DNA of 64,000 bases. It comes from Eledone cirrhosa (taxonomy: Eukaryota). The position numbers were made by a program, and so were the translations under genes. Shown in pieces: positions 25,730 to 38,374 of this stretch (position 1 is its first letter; each line of letters opens with the position of its first letter). Under the pieces are notes generated by a model. The model made no database searches. It saw only the letters and a list, made by a program, of their open reading frames with translations, and was not told the origin of the DNA. The stretch spans positions 329,964,001 to 330,028,000 of the forward strand of contig OZ024740.1 of assembly GCA_964016885.1 (NCBI GenBank). The letters run 5' to 3'.

Positions 25730-26949
25730 CCTGATGATTTCTAAAGAATGAAACACCTCTATTCCTGTAAAATATCATCTATATTAAAACTTATATATAT
25801 ATATATATATATATTGTGTGTGTGGGGGGGGGGGGGGGGGGGCATAAAACAGATGAAGAATTAGACACTATATAAACATTCGTTTTATTTTCAAGCTTTT
25901 TGGAAAAGGATTAGGGAATGTTTCAAATAAATCAAAGGATCGAACTATGTCCCTCCACGTGGAAAGAACTTTGCTTGCACCCTATCAAATACCACATGAC
26001 TAATCCTTCCACAAATCAAGTGGACTTATAATAATTTCGGAAACTAATATTCTGAAATGCACAATGATGAATAGATCTGAACTCAGAATGCTGATAGCCG
26101 TAACAGTCTCGTCAGACCAGATATTCCACGCATTAGCAACACAATCTGTTCCTCGAATATTCACTTGATAAAACTTTATTTCCAAGATGTTGCACCTAGG
26201 TCAGCCGGTGAATCCAATTATTTTTAAAACGCACACAGATTAAATTTGTATAGAATCTAAAAAATATTTTAGTAAATAATCACATATATTTTTCATCTTC
26301 GTATTTTATGTTGTTTTTGTTTAACATGGGGCAACATATGCTACAGCAAAATTATTATGAACGGAGCCCCGGCTGTAACAATACAATACGTATTTTTAGA
26401 TATTAGCCAATATAACTTTCCTTCTTTGTATTGTTGTTCGATGTGGTTTACAGATTGTTACTATTTATGGAAACGCGAGCAGACCTCCATGCTTCTTTAA
26501 TATAGCTCATCCTGGGTTGTCTTTAATATGTAGATATTTATTTTTCGGAAGCGAATCAGAAATATTAGCATTGTAGTGCTATGACTTTTGTGCTTCTGTT
26601 TATTTCGTATGGAATTATTTTACAAATGGCGAAGAATATATCGAAAAGAAAAAAAAGAAATGATACATAATTTTCTTTCGCCGGGATTGTGATGTTAGTC
26701 TAGAAAACTTGCAATGATTGGTAATGTGCGAGTAAATATGCACATATGAATAAAGGAAAGCTTATAATTATCTTCAACTTGAAGCATATATGTGTTGGTT
26801 TCGGTCGAGTCTTTAATAATCAACGGGTTTACGTGGTATTGTCATATAAATGAAGAAAGATTAAGATTATAGTTATAGAACGTATAGATTGAGCAAATCC
26901 CAAGATATATATTACAGGGATTTTTGAAGTCAATCTTTCGTTATTATTG

Positions 26950-27138
26950 CTGGATTGGCTTTATAGGTAGAGAGTCAGACGCCATGCTTTGTAGCAAAGA
27001 GTTACGGCTCTTTTATGGTCTGAGTTCAAATCCCGCCAGGGTTAACTTTGCCTTTCATCCTTACGGGGTCGATATAATAAAGTACCAGTAATGCACTGAG
27101 TAATTGCTCGCCTTGTGCCAAAAAGTAGAAACAATTAT
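26950..27138 (+). mobile_element. Nin/Deu-like tRNA SINE
   Basis: GAGTTCAAATCCCGCC B box, CTTTGCCTTTCATCCTTACGGGGTCGAT core, 3' end GTAGAAACAATTATT. Confidence 0.88.
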
Positions 27139-28565
27139 TAGTATATTTACTGCCTGCGTCCACTGCTCACATTAACAGGTTCTGTGTGTCTTCGTCTAAT
27201 GCTGTTTCTTTTATTTTGCCATTTTGTATTGTATTTAACATACAATATGTAATGTCTAGTATATTTCAATGTCACTTGCTCTATCCTGTAATATTGCTCA
27301 TAATTTGTGTTGGTAGTTTTAACTATTATCAGGCATTAGCAGTATATTTTATTTGATTAACATATTCAGAAATCTCCTATAACAATATTTCTGAGAGTGT
27401 GATATGGAATATATATCGTCATATTCTGCAATATACTGAACTAACACATATCACAGATACAGGAAGATATAGCGTACAACCTTATGAAAGGAGATGCCAT
27501 TCTTTTGAAATAATTTGTGGAAGTGACCAGTATATTAATAACCTATCGATTATTGAGATGAATACCTCTCTAATTATAAATAGTTGATGATTAAAATACA
27601 TGGATATAGAATATAGATATTTGAATAATCTATGTTATCATTTAACCATTATCTTGTGTTTATCAAAAAAACGGACAAAAATGAAAATGTTATGGAAAAC
27701 GGTAAGGTGTGGCAGTTCATGCTCCTAGAATATATGAGGTTTAGATCATTCCAAGCTCCAATTATCGACTTAAAAATGTATGCTCTGTGACGAGAGGCGC
27801 AACAGTTCAATGAAGTTGGCAATAAAACCCAAATTATACGTTATAGCAATACTTTTTTTTAAATCGCAATGTGTTCTGCTGGCAATTGCACGTACTTCTT
27901 TGGAATTGACTAGCACGTGTACATTGACATTCCACAAAAAGATCAAATTATATTTTATTTGAAATGCCATGTCATGTTTAGTATGACAAAGAACACGCCT
28001 CTTAGCTCTGACAGCACAACTTTCGCGTTTCATGTGGAAGCGCTATTTGGAATGTACGATCAGTGGTTGCAGAAATATTGTAGCATTGATTCTGCTCTAA
28101 TGAATCTGTTGACGCCAATCACTTTTGAATCTCATAAAACAGAGCTTTCTATTTTCCTTAAATGATTCTCTATTTAATTAGCTCTGGAGAAAGGAATTTA
28201 TGTTTGTGCATGTACAGGAGCCTCATCGTTGGTAGCAAGTGTAGTGTGTTTGATAATATCGGGCTTGGGGTGAGGCACTGCTATTGATTGTAGTAATGAT
28301 AGTAATCATATCGATGTTTTGGTTGCAAATACATTAGGTCTACTACTGGTGATAGTTGTACTAGTGGAAGTGTATCAGTCGTATGTTTGATAACTTATAC
28401 GGCGTATGCAAGTAATGACGCATTACATTCTTTTCATGGTCACTTCAACAACAAACAAAATATAAAATTACAAAACTCTGAATAGGAAAGATCTGAAGGT
28501 ACAACAATATTTGATGTTATTTTACATAGCGAAAATTGCTTCTACTTTTAGCCCGAGTCTATCAA

Positions 28566-28745
28566 TTTGAAGAGAAGAGAAAAGTCGATTAAATGGACCC
28601 CAGTCTGTTACTGGTATGTTATTTATTGAGCCTTAAAAATGAGACGCTAGTCGATCCTCCGCGGGATTTGAACTCAGAAAGTAAAGGGACGTATCTCTAT
28701 GCCAATAATCATGTTGTCCGATACTCTACCGATACTGCCAATCCA
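28566..28745 (-). mobile_element. Diverged SINE of the same superfamily
   Basis: rc contains GGATTGGCAGTATCGGTAGAG and CTGAGTTCAAATCCCGC. Confidence 0.75.
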
Positions 28746-30237
28746 CATTGATAAGCTCCTTCTTTCCAGATTCTACAGAGGATATTTAATGAAGAATAAT
28801 GCTAAGAATACGCACGATACCAAGGTGTGGGGGAAACAATTAGTAATTTTGTTTCTGGCTGTTCCTACTTAATCAATTGAGAATGTATTATTAAGATATG
28901 AGAGAATTGGAGATATCAGTAACATGAAAGAAAACCAAAATTATTGAAAATCGCTAGAAAATAAAAGGCCATAACATATGCTTCGGAAAACCACTTAGAA
29001 ATGGATCTAAATGACAGTCGGCTAGATATTGTTGTCAAGTGTATTTGATCAGAATATCCACAGTAAATCAGCCTTATACAAATGAAAACTCTACAAGATA
29101 ATTAATGTTTGATCTTGTCACTGCAATCTAATGAGGCATATTTTCAATTATTCATCACTACTTATATCATGAAAGCCATATTTTTCATATGCACATCAAG
29201 ATGATCATGTCTATAACATCTACATGGACGGTGTATAAAACAGCAGAGTTATTCGCTACGTAAAACTTGCTAGGATTCTTTTCACAGACTGTTGTATATT
29301 CAATCGAAAAATTATGACTGACACCTGCTTATACGCTACAATTTAGAAAAGTTAGAGACAGCAAACTATCAATAATAGCGTTAGTTTAAAACATAAGGAA
29401 TTACACAATTATATAGAATCGATATTTTCATTTTGATTTATTGTAATCCCCTATTTTGCGTATAATTGGACATTGATTCGCTTACATTGAAAGAACGTGC
29501 GGTTAGTATCATATCTTGCAAGGAATTTTATTTAAGATAAGACCTTGTCATAAGAATAATTGACTTTTTTTGAAAACTGACATTCGCAAAATCCTTTGAA
29601 AACTACTCGACAAAGTTCACTAATAGATAGCATCAACATAAAATGAAAGAAAAACACGACATTAATTTATTTTGGGACATTCTTCTTGACATTAATGGCT
29701 TCTCATTGTCATAGAAAAAATTTTTATCTGTAAAGCCACTGCTTCAATATTGCAAAACTCAAACAATATCTCTACTGAATATTTCAGACAAAGGAAACAT
29801 TTATTGAAATAAAGCTTTGGAGAATACAACTACAAATCACAAAATATAATAACAGAATGTCAATATTTGTGAAGCTCTTTTCTGTTGGATACTGTTCAAT
29901 AAATTTTCTAAAAATGTATAACTATAGTCAATAAACCTATAGGCAAGTTACATGCTTTGCAACATGATTTGCGTAAACAGCAAGATTCAAAACACCTTCT
30001 GAATAGTTTTTATGTATTTTTCCCCTAGAATTCTGGAATTTATATTTTGTCCATATATATTTATGATTCTACTTCCAGAAACGGTAATTTTCAAAATTAT
30101 TATTATTATTACGATTTCTATTTTACGTACAAGGACGGCAATTTGTGAGAATATTGATTTCCAAAGTAGGCACAAGGCCAATGATTATTGCTGGCCTTGA
30201 GCCTCAATTAGAAATCATTATTATTATTGATATTGAA

Positions 30238-30424
30238 GGCGGTGGATTGGCAGTATCGGTAGAGGGTCGGACGCCATGCTTTCCAGCATAGTTACGTCCC
30301 TTTACGATCTGAGTTCAAATCCCGCCGAGGTTGACTTTGCCTTTCATCCTTACGGGGTCGATAAAATAAAGTACCAGTAATGCACTGGGTAATTGCTGGC
30401 CTTGTGCCTAAAGTAGAAACAATT
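30238..30424 (+). mobile_element. Nin/Deu-like tRNA SINE, best-preserved copy
   Basis: A-box-like TGGCAGTATCGGT, B box GTTCAAATCC and core GACTTTGCCTTTCATCCTTACGGGGTCGATAAAATAAAGTACCAG. Lies in (ATT)n. Confidence 0.92.
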
Positions 30425-30819
30425 ATTATTATTGTTATTATCATTATTATATATTTTATTTTTCACGTTGATTTTGCATTATATGCATCGGTTACCGTGT
30501 ATCAACCAGATACTTAGGCCAGCCATCGTTGGTTTTGATAGTTTTCAATAGTTTTTATTTTGCTATATTTCGTTTTTATTGTTCCATTCTCACAATCCCC
30601 AAACAAGTCACATAAAGAATGTTGATAGATAAAACTACAAAATTGAAAAAACAAGTGTATAGAAGGGTAGGAAGGGATAAAATGAATAATTAAACGGTAT
30701 AAAAATTATGATTAATCAATTATGATTAATTGATTAGAATTAATTTTGCATTGCGAATGTTTGAATGATATAGGATATTAATTGTAAAAAATAAGGAAGA
30801 AAGATTGTGTTGACATATA

Positions 30820-31400
30820 TTACAAGAAGGAAAATGTATGAAGTATGTAGGCGGTCCCTGTAATAACTATCTTTTGAATTTAGAGATAATATTTTTACCA
30901 GGCTTGTAATCTAGAATCTTTTAAACAACTGCCTTTATGACAACTTCCTGAATATTTTCGGTTTTAAGGCGTCACATTTTGGTTATATTAATTTGAAGAT
31001 CTTTGCAAATTTTTATAATCTTTTGTTGTCACATTTCTATCATGTTTTTAAAATATTCAATAGTAATATCAGTGTAGTTAACATTAATAGTAAAGTCTGT
31101 ATATATGGTAACGTCCTAAAGGATTCTTAACATTACAGTTTCAGTTGCTGGTTGTGGTTTGTACCAGCGTTCTGTACGTTCGACATTATATTTGTTTGCA
31201 TAAGATCCAGTTGATGTATTTCTCCACCGTATCGTGTAAAATCCTGTATTAAGTTGGGGCTAGTGTGGTTCAAACTGATATCATATGATTAATAGTTTCA
31301 AGCTATAAGTTTTATATCCTGCATTTGGTGTCTGCTCAGTTTCTGTTATCAATCTATTTAACATTATCATTTGTTTTTCCTCTTCCTTCAGTTTTTCTGG
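30820..31400 (-). pseudogene. Old, degenerate R4/Dong-like LINE endonuclease region
   Basis: rc translates in part to HDTVEKYINWILCK...ERTERWYKPQP...DVTIYTDFTI, resembling the restriction-like endonuclease (RLE) region of the better copy at 45137-46285. Confidence 0.55.
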
Positions 31401-31430
31401 AGCAGTTATTAATATGATTATTATTTGAAA

Positions 31431-31615
31431 GGGCGGTGGATTGGCAGTATTGGTAGAGAGTCGGACGCCATGCTTTCCAGCATAGTTACGTCCCTTTGCG
31501 GTCTGAGTGCACATCCCGCCGAGGTTAATTTTGTCTTTCATCCTGACGGGGTCGATAAAATAAAGTACCAGTAATGTACTGGGTAATTGATAGCCTTGTG
31601 CCAAAAGTAGAAACA
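31431..31615 (+). mobile_element. Nin/Deu-like tRNA SINE with a 14-bp target-site duplication
   Basis: Full SINE flanked by ATTATTATTTGAAA at 31417-31430 and 31616-31629. Confidence 0.92.
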
Positions 31616-31639
31616 ATTATTATTTGAAACTTTTGTTGG

Positions 31640-31835
31640 ATTCTACTTCTTGTAGATACAGATAATGCCATAAGGGTACAAATATCAGTAAGTGTCTTGC
31701 AATGTTTATAATTTGATAATGCTCTTCTCGGCACATGAACACTGCCACTCAGCACTATTTTCTGTAACTCATGCAAGGATCTCTTTCCATGAATCCTCTC
31801 CAAACATTTTTCAGTTCCATTTTCTAGATTCATTT
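31640..31835 (-). mobile_element. R4/Dong-like LINE 3' end
   Basis: rc encodes SLHELQKIVLSGSVHVPRRALS, the typical C-terminal LQK..L.G motif. Confidence 0.65.
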
Positions 31836-32743
31836 GAGTGAAAATATTTATTACGAATTAAAGCCTTCTCCGAAAACATGTTTAAATATGATGAATGTCA
31901 TCTACGAAATATTTGTCCTTAAATGAATATATTTACAACCCTGATAATTTCTGTTGAATCAAACATTCTTACAAATTCTTACATAAGAAAATGATAAGAT
32001 AAGTTATCATCGCATTCGATATTAAGGAAATGGAAGAAATAAAGAACCGAAAATTACGAAATCAAAGTGTTAAATCCTACCAACATAGGTGTATACAGTT
32101 AAATGAATAATTAGACATAGCAAAGAAAGATTAAAACTTTAGTGGCTGTAAAGGAATCTACGAATTTGCATTTCACGTTGATAATGTGCTCAAATAATAG
32201 ACAGAAGAATTTCCAGTTAGTAAATTCCTATTAGAGTTTCTTAAGGTCGCATGAAAATTAATTACAAGTCTCCTATTGATATATTAATGACGTCATTAAT
32301 GTTTTGGGGTGAAACATTTTATTTTTCTTAGTCATCTAAAAACTAATTTAAAATGTAAATACACCTATTCTCTGAATTATCAATGCACATTATACTGATA
32401 TAGCAGAGCTTTGTATATATACATACATACACACGGATACACATACAAACACACACTCAGACATATATATATATATATATATATATACAGAGAGAGAGAT
32501 AGGGAGAGAGAGAAGGAGAAGGAAAATACCAGGAATTCAGGAATTCATGCATGAGTATAAGCCAGATGTTTTATTAACTTTGTTACATCTTCTGGTGGAC
32601 TCAAACTATGACAGAATCAAAGAAACCTTTATATCCGGAAGCATGATTTATTCATGTATTAAATAACATGCATACATATTAACATACATATATACATACA
32701 TACATACATATATACATACATACATACATACATACATACATAA

Positions 32744-32774
<31 letters not shown>

Positions 32775-32863
32775 CATATAGGTATGTATATAGGTGCCTT
32801 ATTTTCCCTGTCCCTTCTTCGTATGATTCATTCATTTCTATTCATCTTCTATTTCTAACACTT

Positions 32864-32899
32864 TGTTCTGATGAAAGTCTAGTGTACGAAACATTAGGA
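32864..32899 (+). ncRNA. Degenerate minimal hammerhead motif in a PLE tail fragment
   Basis: CTGATGA...GAAA CATT AGG followed by CTCTTCCTGCTA, shared with 45044-45110. Confidence 0.45.
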
Positions 32900-32986
32900 C
32901 TCTCTTCCTGCTATTTCAAGAGTTAAACTATTATACTGATTCCAACACTCAAACAGACACACATACACACACAACCACATACACAC

Positions 32987-33017
<31 letters not shown>

Positions 33018-33029
33018 ACAAACAACATT

Positions 33030-33216
33030 TAGTACAGAAATAGCCGTCGAAACGGCTTGATCTCTGCCGTCTGTGTCATACTTTTTCCTGTATATATATA
33101 TATATATATATATAAAAATATTTTGAGTATATGTTGGTTGTTTACCGACACCTCAGTATGCAGATTGGAGCACTCGACGAAGTTCGCAGGTTGTTTGGTT
33201 ACTCCGGAGTAACTCA

Positions 33217-33249
<33 letters not shown>

Positions 33250-33435
33250 GGAAAATGTTTAACCCCGACAGCAGAGCTCAAGCCGTTTCCACGGTCCAGA
33301 AATAGCCGCCGAAAAGGCTTGAGCTCTACCGTCGGAGTAATACATGTTCCTATTACCCACTCTACTAATCTAAGTATTGAGTACTCTGGTGCGTTATGGT
33401 CCATGTGTTTCCTTACCACACCTCCTTCGTTATAA
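33030..33435 (+). mobile_element. Cluster of short family-B-related pLTR tail fragments, one of them folded back
   Basis: TAGCCGTCGAAACGGCTTGA (HHR 3' half) and tail TACCCACTCTAC...AAGTATTGAGTACT...CCTTACCAC match 40940-41070. Confidence 0.75.
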
Positions 33436-33459
33436 ATATATATATATATATATATATAT

Positions 33460-36400
33460 AGTAATAATAATAAATTTGAAGACTAAAATCCAAAGATGGC
33501 TCGATAAGGATAAATATATATACAATATATAAGAACCGTAGAGCAAATATTTATTAAAATAACAGATTAAAGTTTAAGCAAAGAATCGCTGATTTCACCC
33601 TTAACGGGATCTTCTGAAACTAACAAAGTCAATTTAAAATTCTAACTAGGAGACCGAATGAATCTCCGCTATAAAGTTAAGAACAAAGTAAATAAATACA
33701 ATACAGAAGTAATAGAAATAAATAAAAACACTCACGCAAACAAATACGTACATACACAAGCATACGGAAAACACTTACCATAGGTATACAAAACCATGCA
33801 CATATAAATATGTGTGAATGCGTGTATACAAATAAATAAATAAATATATAAACGTATATAAATAAATAAATACGTATATAACAAGCGCACAAACATACCT
33901 ACATGTAAATAGACGAATGTTCGGAGACATAAGTCAACCAAAACATGAAGTACACATATAAACACATCCTACATACGTACGAACCTGCATACTCACACAG
34001 ACGCAAAACTCCCGTATACACATAGCCAAACAATATGTACCAGAATATATAAAATTATACGCCATAACATAAACAATCAAATATACGTACGAGAAGGTAT
34101 ACGTACCTTCACAAAACATACGGGTATATATATACTTACCTATGAAAATAAATAATGGTATAAACAAAACATATACTTAGCTCCCACATCAAGACGTAAA
34201 ATATCCACGTATAGATCGTACTATCCGTTAGGGTATAACGTGGGGCTGTAATACAGGAAAGTGTTGTGCAATTTATGTTTACAAGCCGAAATTGCCTCAG
34301 ATTTTTTGTTTAAGATGTGGTCTGTGGCGCAGAGTATTTCCAGGGCCTCAGCGGCGCATATGTCACATGGTATTTTATTTCCGTTATACAATCTAGCCAT
34401 TAGCTAGGATCTCCCAGTGTAACTTATATTGGGTGTGGTTGTCTTTTAGACTCCAGATATAAGCTGAAAGTGACGTCATATTCCTTCTTAGAGGGTAATG
34501 AAAAGAATGGGTATGCATGTAAAGACGCTGCTTGAATCTATTGGAGGTTAACCCTATGTAGGCCCTACGGGACGTGGGTGTTACAACCTCGCATTTGTAG
34601 ACAATGTTACTAGAGAGGCATTTCCTGGATAGGGGGCAATCAGCCCGATTCCTACAATTACAGTTAGTACTAACTACAGGGTTGCACGTGTTCCTACGGC
34701 TAGGTAGTTTAGCTAAATTTGAAGCTGAGATCTTACGTGCAAGGTTAGGAGTCGTAGAGTAAGAAATTTTAATAGGATTTCTATTAAAAATTTTACTATA
34801 TTTATGTGTAGGGGAAAATGATTCGTAATAAGGGAAAGAAAGATCTTAGCTAATGGTGTGGCCACCTCCATATTATTTGGTGGGTTATACCAACAAATGC
34901 GACGGGATCTATTTCTTCTAGGTCTATTTTCGTACTCCGTATATGCTACCTTATCGACAAATCCACTTCGAGCAAGAGATTATTTGTAATAAGTGGAATG
35001 GTCTTTGAAAATACGCTCGTTGGTGGAAAGACGGGAAAGCCTCAATGAAATGTTTCTTACCAGGTTCTTGGTTATGCTGGCAGGATGGTTGGAATGCTTA
35101 CTTATGTAATTAAACGTATCATTCGGCTTTCTATATGGGTAATACAACCCATTCGATAAATTGAGGGTAACGCCGAGGTAATTAACGACCGAGAGATTGG
35201 CCTCAAACTGTATAGAGAGGTTGAAGCCTTTAAAGAAGGCTGTGAGTTCTTTTCTGAACCTGTCGCAAGCACGAGGTCCGCACTTAGTCATGGTCAAAAG
35301 ACCATCGTCACGGTACAAACCACCGCCCGCGTTGGGGAATTCGTCCTTGATAGAGAAAAGAAGGAAAAGGCGGATAAGATCAGTAACCTCCGCAGAATCA
35401 CTGGTGCCCATACTCATGTCGAATGGGATACTATTGAATTTTTTAATCCAATTAGAGTCGTCGAAATTAATCACCGACTTTCGGGCATTAAGGATGACAT
35501 CAACTTCGAAATCCTTAACTGTGAGTGTTTTAGCGAAATTGATAGCTCTAAGGAGAAGTGGTAAAGTGATGGAGGAGTAGTAATTGTTGCTGTCGAATTG
35601 GATAAAAAGGCAATGTTCTTTGTTACATATGCCGTTGAACCAATCAATCACCGCGAAAGAATTGTTCCACAGTGCAAGAGGGGCCAAACTTCTAATTTCA
35701 GGTATAAATCCATCAAGAATCGTTTTACTAAGTCTACCTAAATCGGACTTCGTAGGGTTAATAAGCCGAATAGAGGGGTTGTTCGGAAAATTATATTTGT
35801 GATCCTTTAGGGTAAAGTGGAGAGAAAAAGGATCCAGAGGTTCGGTTAGGTCCGGGATGTTGAGATCTGATGTGATTTTAAACCCAGCATCGTTGATTTC
35901 ATTGGTGACGCATCGATTAGTTTTACGGTAATCCTTAGTTACAGCATTATGTAGTAGTTGATGGTAAGTACTGCGCTCCACTTGATATAGGTTGCCAGTT
36001 TTGTCGGAATGGACGTGCACGGCATTAGAATCTTTAATAGAACGAATTCTATTCTTCAGGTCTTGCTGGAAGGAATTGCTCCTATTCCGAAATTTGATAC
36101 TCCGAATGAGTTCCAAGGCATCATTTTCGAAGGGTAGCGATGCTGGGTTACACGGGGTGTTATTATAGGTTTTAATTCCAAATTTATCCTGTTTGTTGTT
36201 TGCTTTTCGCGGATTATCGAAATAAAAGGCACGCCAACGCAACCTTTTAATGAACGCGTATGTTTTCTGTATCAGGAGTTTTAGGTATGTTTTCCTGCTT
36301 GGTACGGGTATGTTCTTTGTAGAAATATTCAGATGTTGTTTCTGCATGATGAATATAAGTCTGTAGAGTGCTCAACCGAGGGAGCCAAATAGTAATAATA

Positions 36401-37902
36401 ATAAATTTGAAGACTAAAATCCAAAGAGGGCTCGATAAGGATAAATATATATCAAATATATAAGAACCGTAGAGCAAATATTTATTAAAATAACAGAATA
36501 AAGTTTAAGCAAAAAGTCGCTGCTTTCACCCTCAACGGGATCTTCTGAAACTAACAAAGTCAATCTGTAAACGCAGAAGTGGATATTTCAAAAAACGTTG
36601 CAACCGGAGGAAGACAGGAAGACGATACTTTGGTTCGTGGTAACGTTCGCTGGCAAAGAACGGAAAAAAACGAATATAATACGTCATTAATAGGAGCGGT
36701 GAAAAACAATTACGCGCAAAGACAGAACCACGTTAATGGTATAAAAGAGGTCGTAGACTAATGTTCTCTTAGGTGGTTCATAGAGACGGTCTCTGGCAAT
36801 GAACGAAAAAAACGAAGATAATACGTCATAAGTGGACCGTGGAGAACAATAGCACGCAAAGACAGAACCACGTAAATGGTATAGCAGAAGTCGTAGACTA
36901 AAATTCTAACTAGGAGACCGAATGAATCTCCGCTACAAAGTTAAGAACAAAGTAAATAAATACAATACAGAAGTAATAGAAATAAATAAAAACATACACG
37001 CAAACAAATACGTACATACACAAGCATACGCAAAACACTTACCATTGATATACAAAACGATGCACTTATAAGTATGTGTGTGTGTGTGTATGCGTGTATA
37101 CAAATAAAAAAATAAATATATAAACGTATATAAATAAATAAATACGTATCTAACAAGCGCACACACATTCATGATTTGGTTTACTTATGTCTCCGAACAT
37201 TCGTGTATTTACATGTAGGTATGTGAGTGCGATTTTTATATACGTATTTATTTATTTATATACGTTTATATATTTATGTATGTATTTGTATACACGCATA
37301 CACACACACACATATTTATATGTGCATGGTTTTTTATACCTATGGTAAGTGTTTTGCGTATGCTTGTGTATGTATGTATTTGTTTGCGTGTATGTTTTTA
37401 TGTATTTCTATTACTTCTGTATTGTATCTATTTACTTTGTTCTTAACTTTTTAGCGGAGATTCATTCGGTCTCCTAGTTAGTATTTTAGTCTACGACTTC
37501 TGCTATATCATTTACGTGGTTTTGTCTTTGTGGTGCTATTGTTCTCCACGGTCCATTTATGACGTATTATCTTCGTTTGTTCGTTCATTGCCAGAGAACG
37601 TCTCTATGAACCACCTAAGAGAACATTAGTCTACGACCTCTTTTATACAATTAACGTGGTTCTGTCTTTGCGCGTAATTGTTTTTCACCGCTCCTATTAA
37701 TGACGTATTATATTCGTTTTTTTCCGTTCTTTGCCAGCGAACGTTACCACGAACCAAAATATCGTCTTCCTGTCTTCCTCCGGTTGCAACGTTTTTTGAA
37801 ATATCCACTTCTGCGTTTACAGATTGACTTTAGTTTCAGAAGATCCCATTAAGGGTGAAAGCAGCGATTCTTTGCTTAAACTTTAATCTGTTGTTTTAAT
37901 AA

Positions 37903-37905
<3 letters not shown>
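33460..37905 (-). mobile_element. PLE family A copy 3: full-length, with a tandem upstream pLTR and an additional inverted pLTR
   Basis: 3' pLTR 33460-34220, ORF 34221-36347, direct pLTR 36391-37170, inverted pLTR about 37171-37905. HHRs at 33571-33621, 36502-36552 and 37832-37882. Confidence 0.95.
34221..36347 (-). pseudogene. Nematis-like PLE reverse transcriptase / GIY-YIG endonuclease ORF, about 700 codons, disrupted after codon 455
   Basis: MQKQHLNISTKNIPVPS...FIKRLRWRAFYF, HSDKTGNLY, IRLINPTKSDLGRLSK, FIQFDSNNYYSSI, FDMSMGTSDSAEVTDL, GGGLYRDDGL, then after frameshifts CNCRNRADCPL and AYIGLT. Confidence 0.93.
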
Positions 37906-37983
<78 letters not shown>

Positions 37984-38008
37984 TATATATATATAGTTGT
38001 ATATATAT

Positions 38009-38185
38009 AGTTTCAGAAGATCCCGTTAATGGTGAAAGCAGCGATTCTTTGCTTAAACTTTAATCTGTTATTTTAATAAATATATATATATATATATAGT
38101 TATATATATATAGTTTCAGAAGATCCCGTTAAGGGAGAAAGCAGCGATTCTTTGCTTAAATTTAATCTGTTATTTTAATAAACAT
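38009..38185 (+). repeat. Two extra ribozyme-only modules of family A in tandem within (TA)n
   Basis: AGTTTCAGAAGATCCCGTTAA...TTTGCTTAAA...ATCTGTTATTTTAATAAA starting at 38009 and 38112. Confidence 0.9.
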
Positions 38186-38216
38186 ATATATATATATATA
38201 TATAGGAACCAGTAAG

Positions 38217-38310
38217 ACCCCGACAGCTGAGCTCAAGCCGTTTCGACGGCTAATTCTGGACTAAATGAAAATTGATCCTGGTATTTAAATAGCCGATCTT
38301 CTCAAGGGGT
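38217..38310 (-). ncRNA. Hammerhead variant U3-A8 (UUGAGAA core), inverted copy
   Basis: Reverse complement of 40884-40977. Confidence 0.75.
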
Positions 38311-38374
38311 AATTCCATATATGGTCAAAGTGATTGTCAAAAATCAGTAGTAATTCTGTGGTTGCAAATTAGTA

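Noticed and set aside
30238-30330. tRNA gene
   Set aside because: The A/B boxes belong to a multi-copy SINE head, and no cloverleaf forms.
37832-38185. CRISPR-like array
   Set aside because: The units are retroelement pLTR pieces separated by (TA)n rather than unique spacers. The context is eukaryotic and there are no cas genes.
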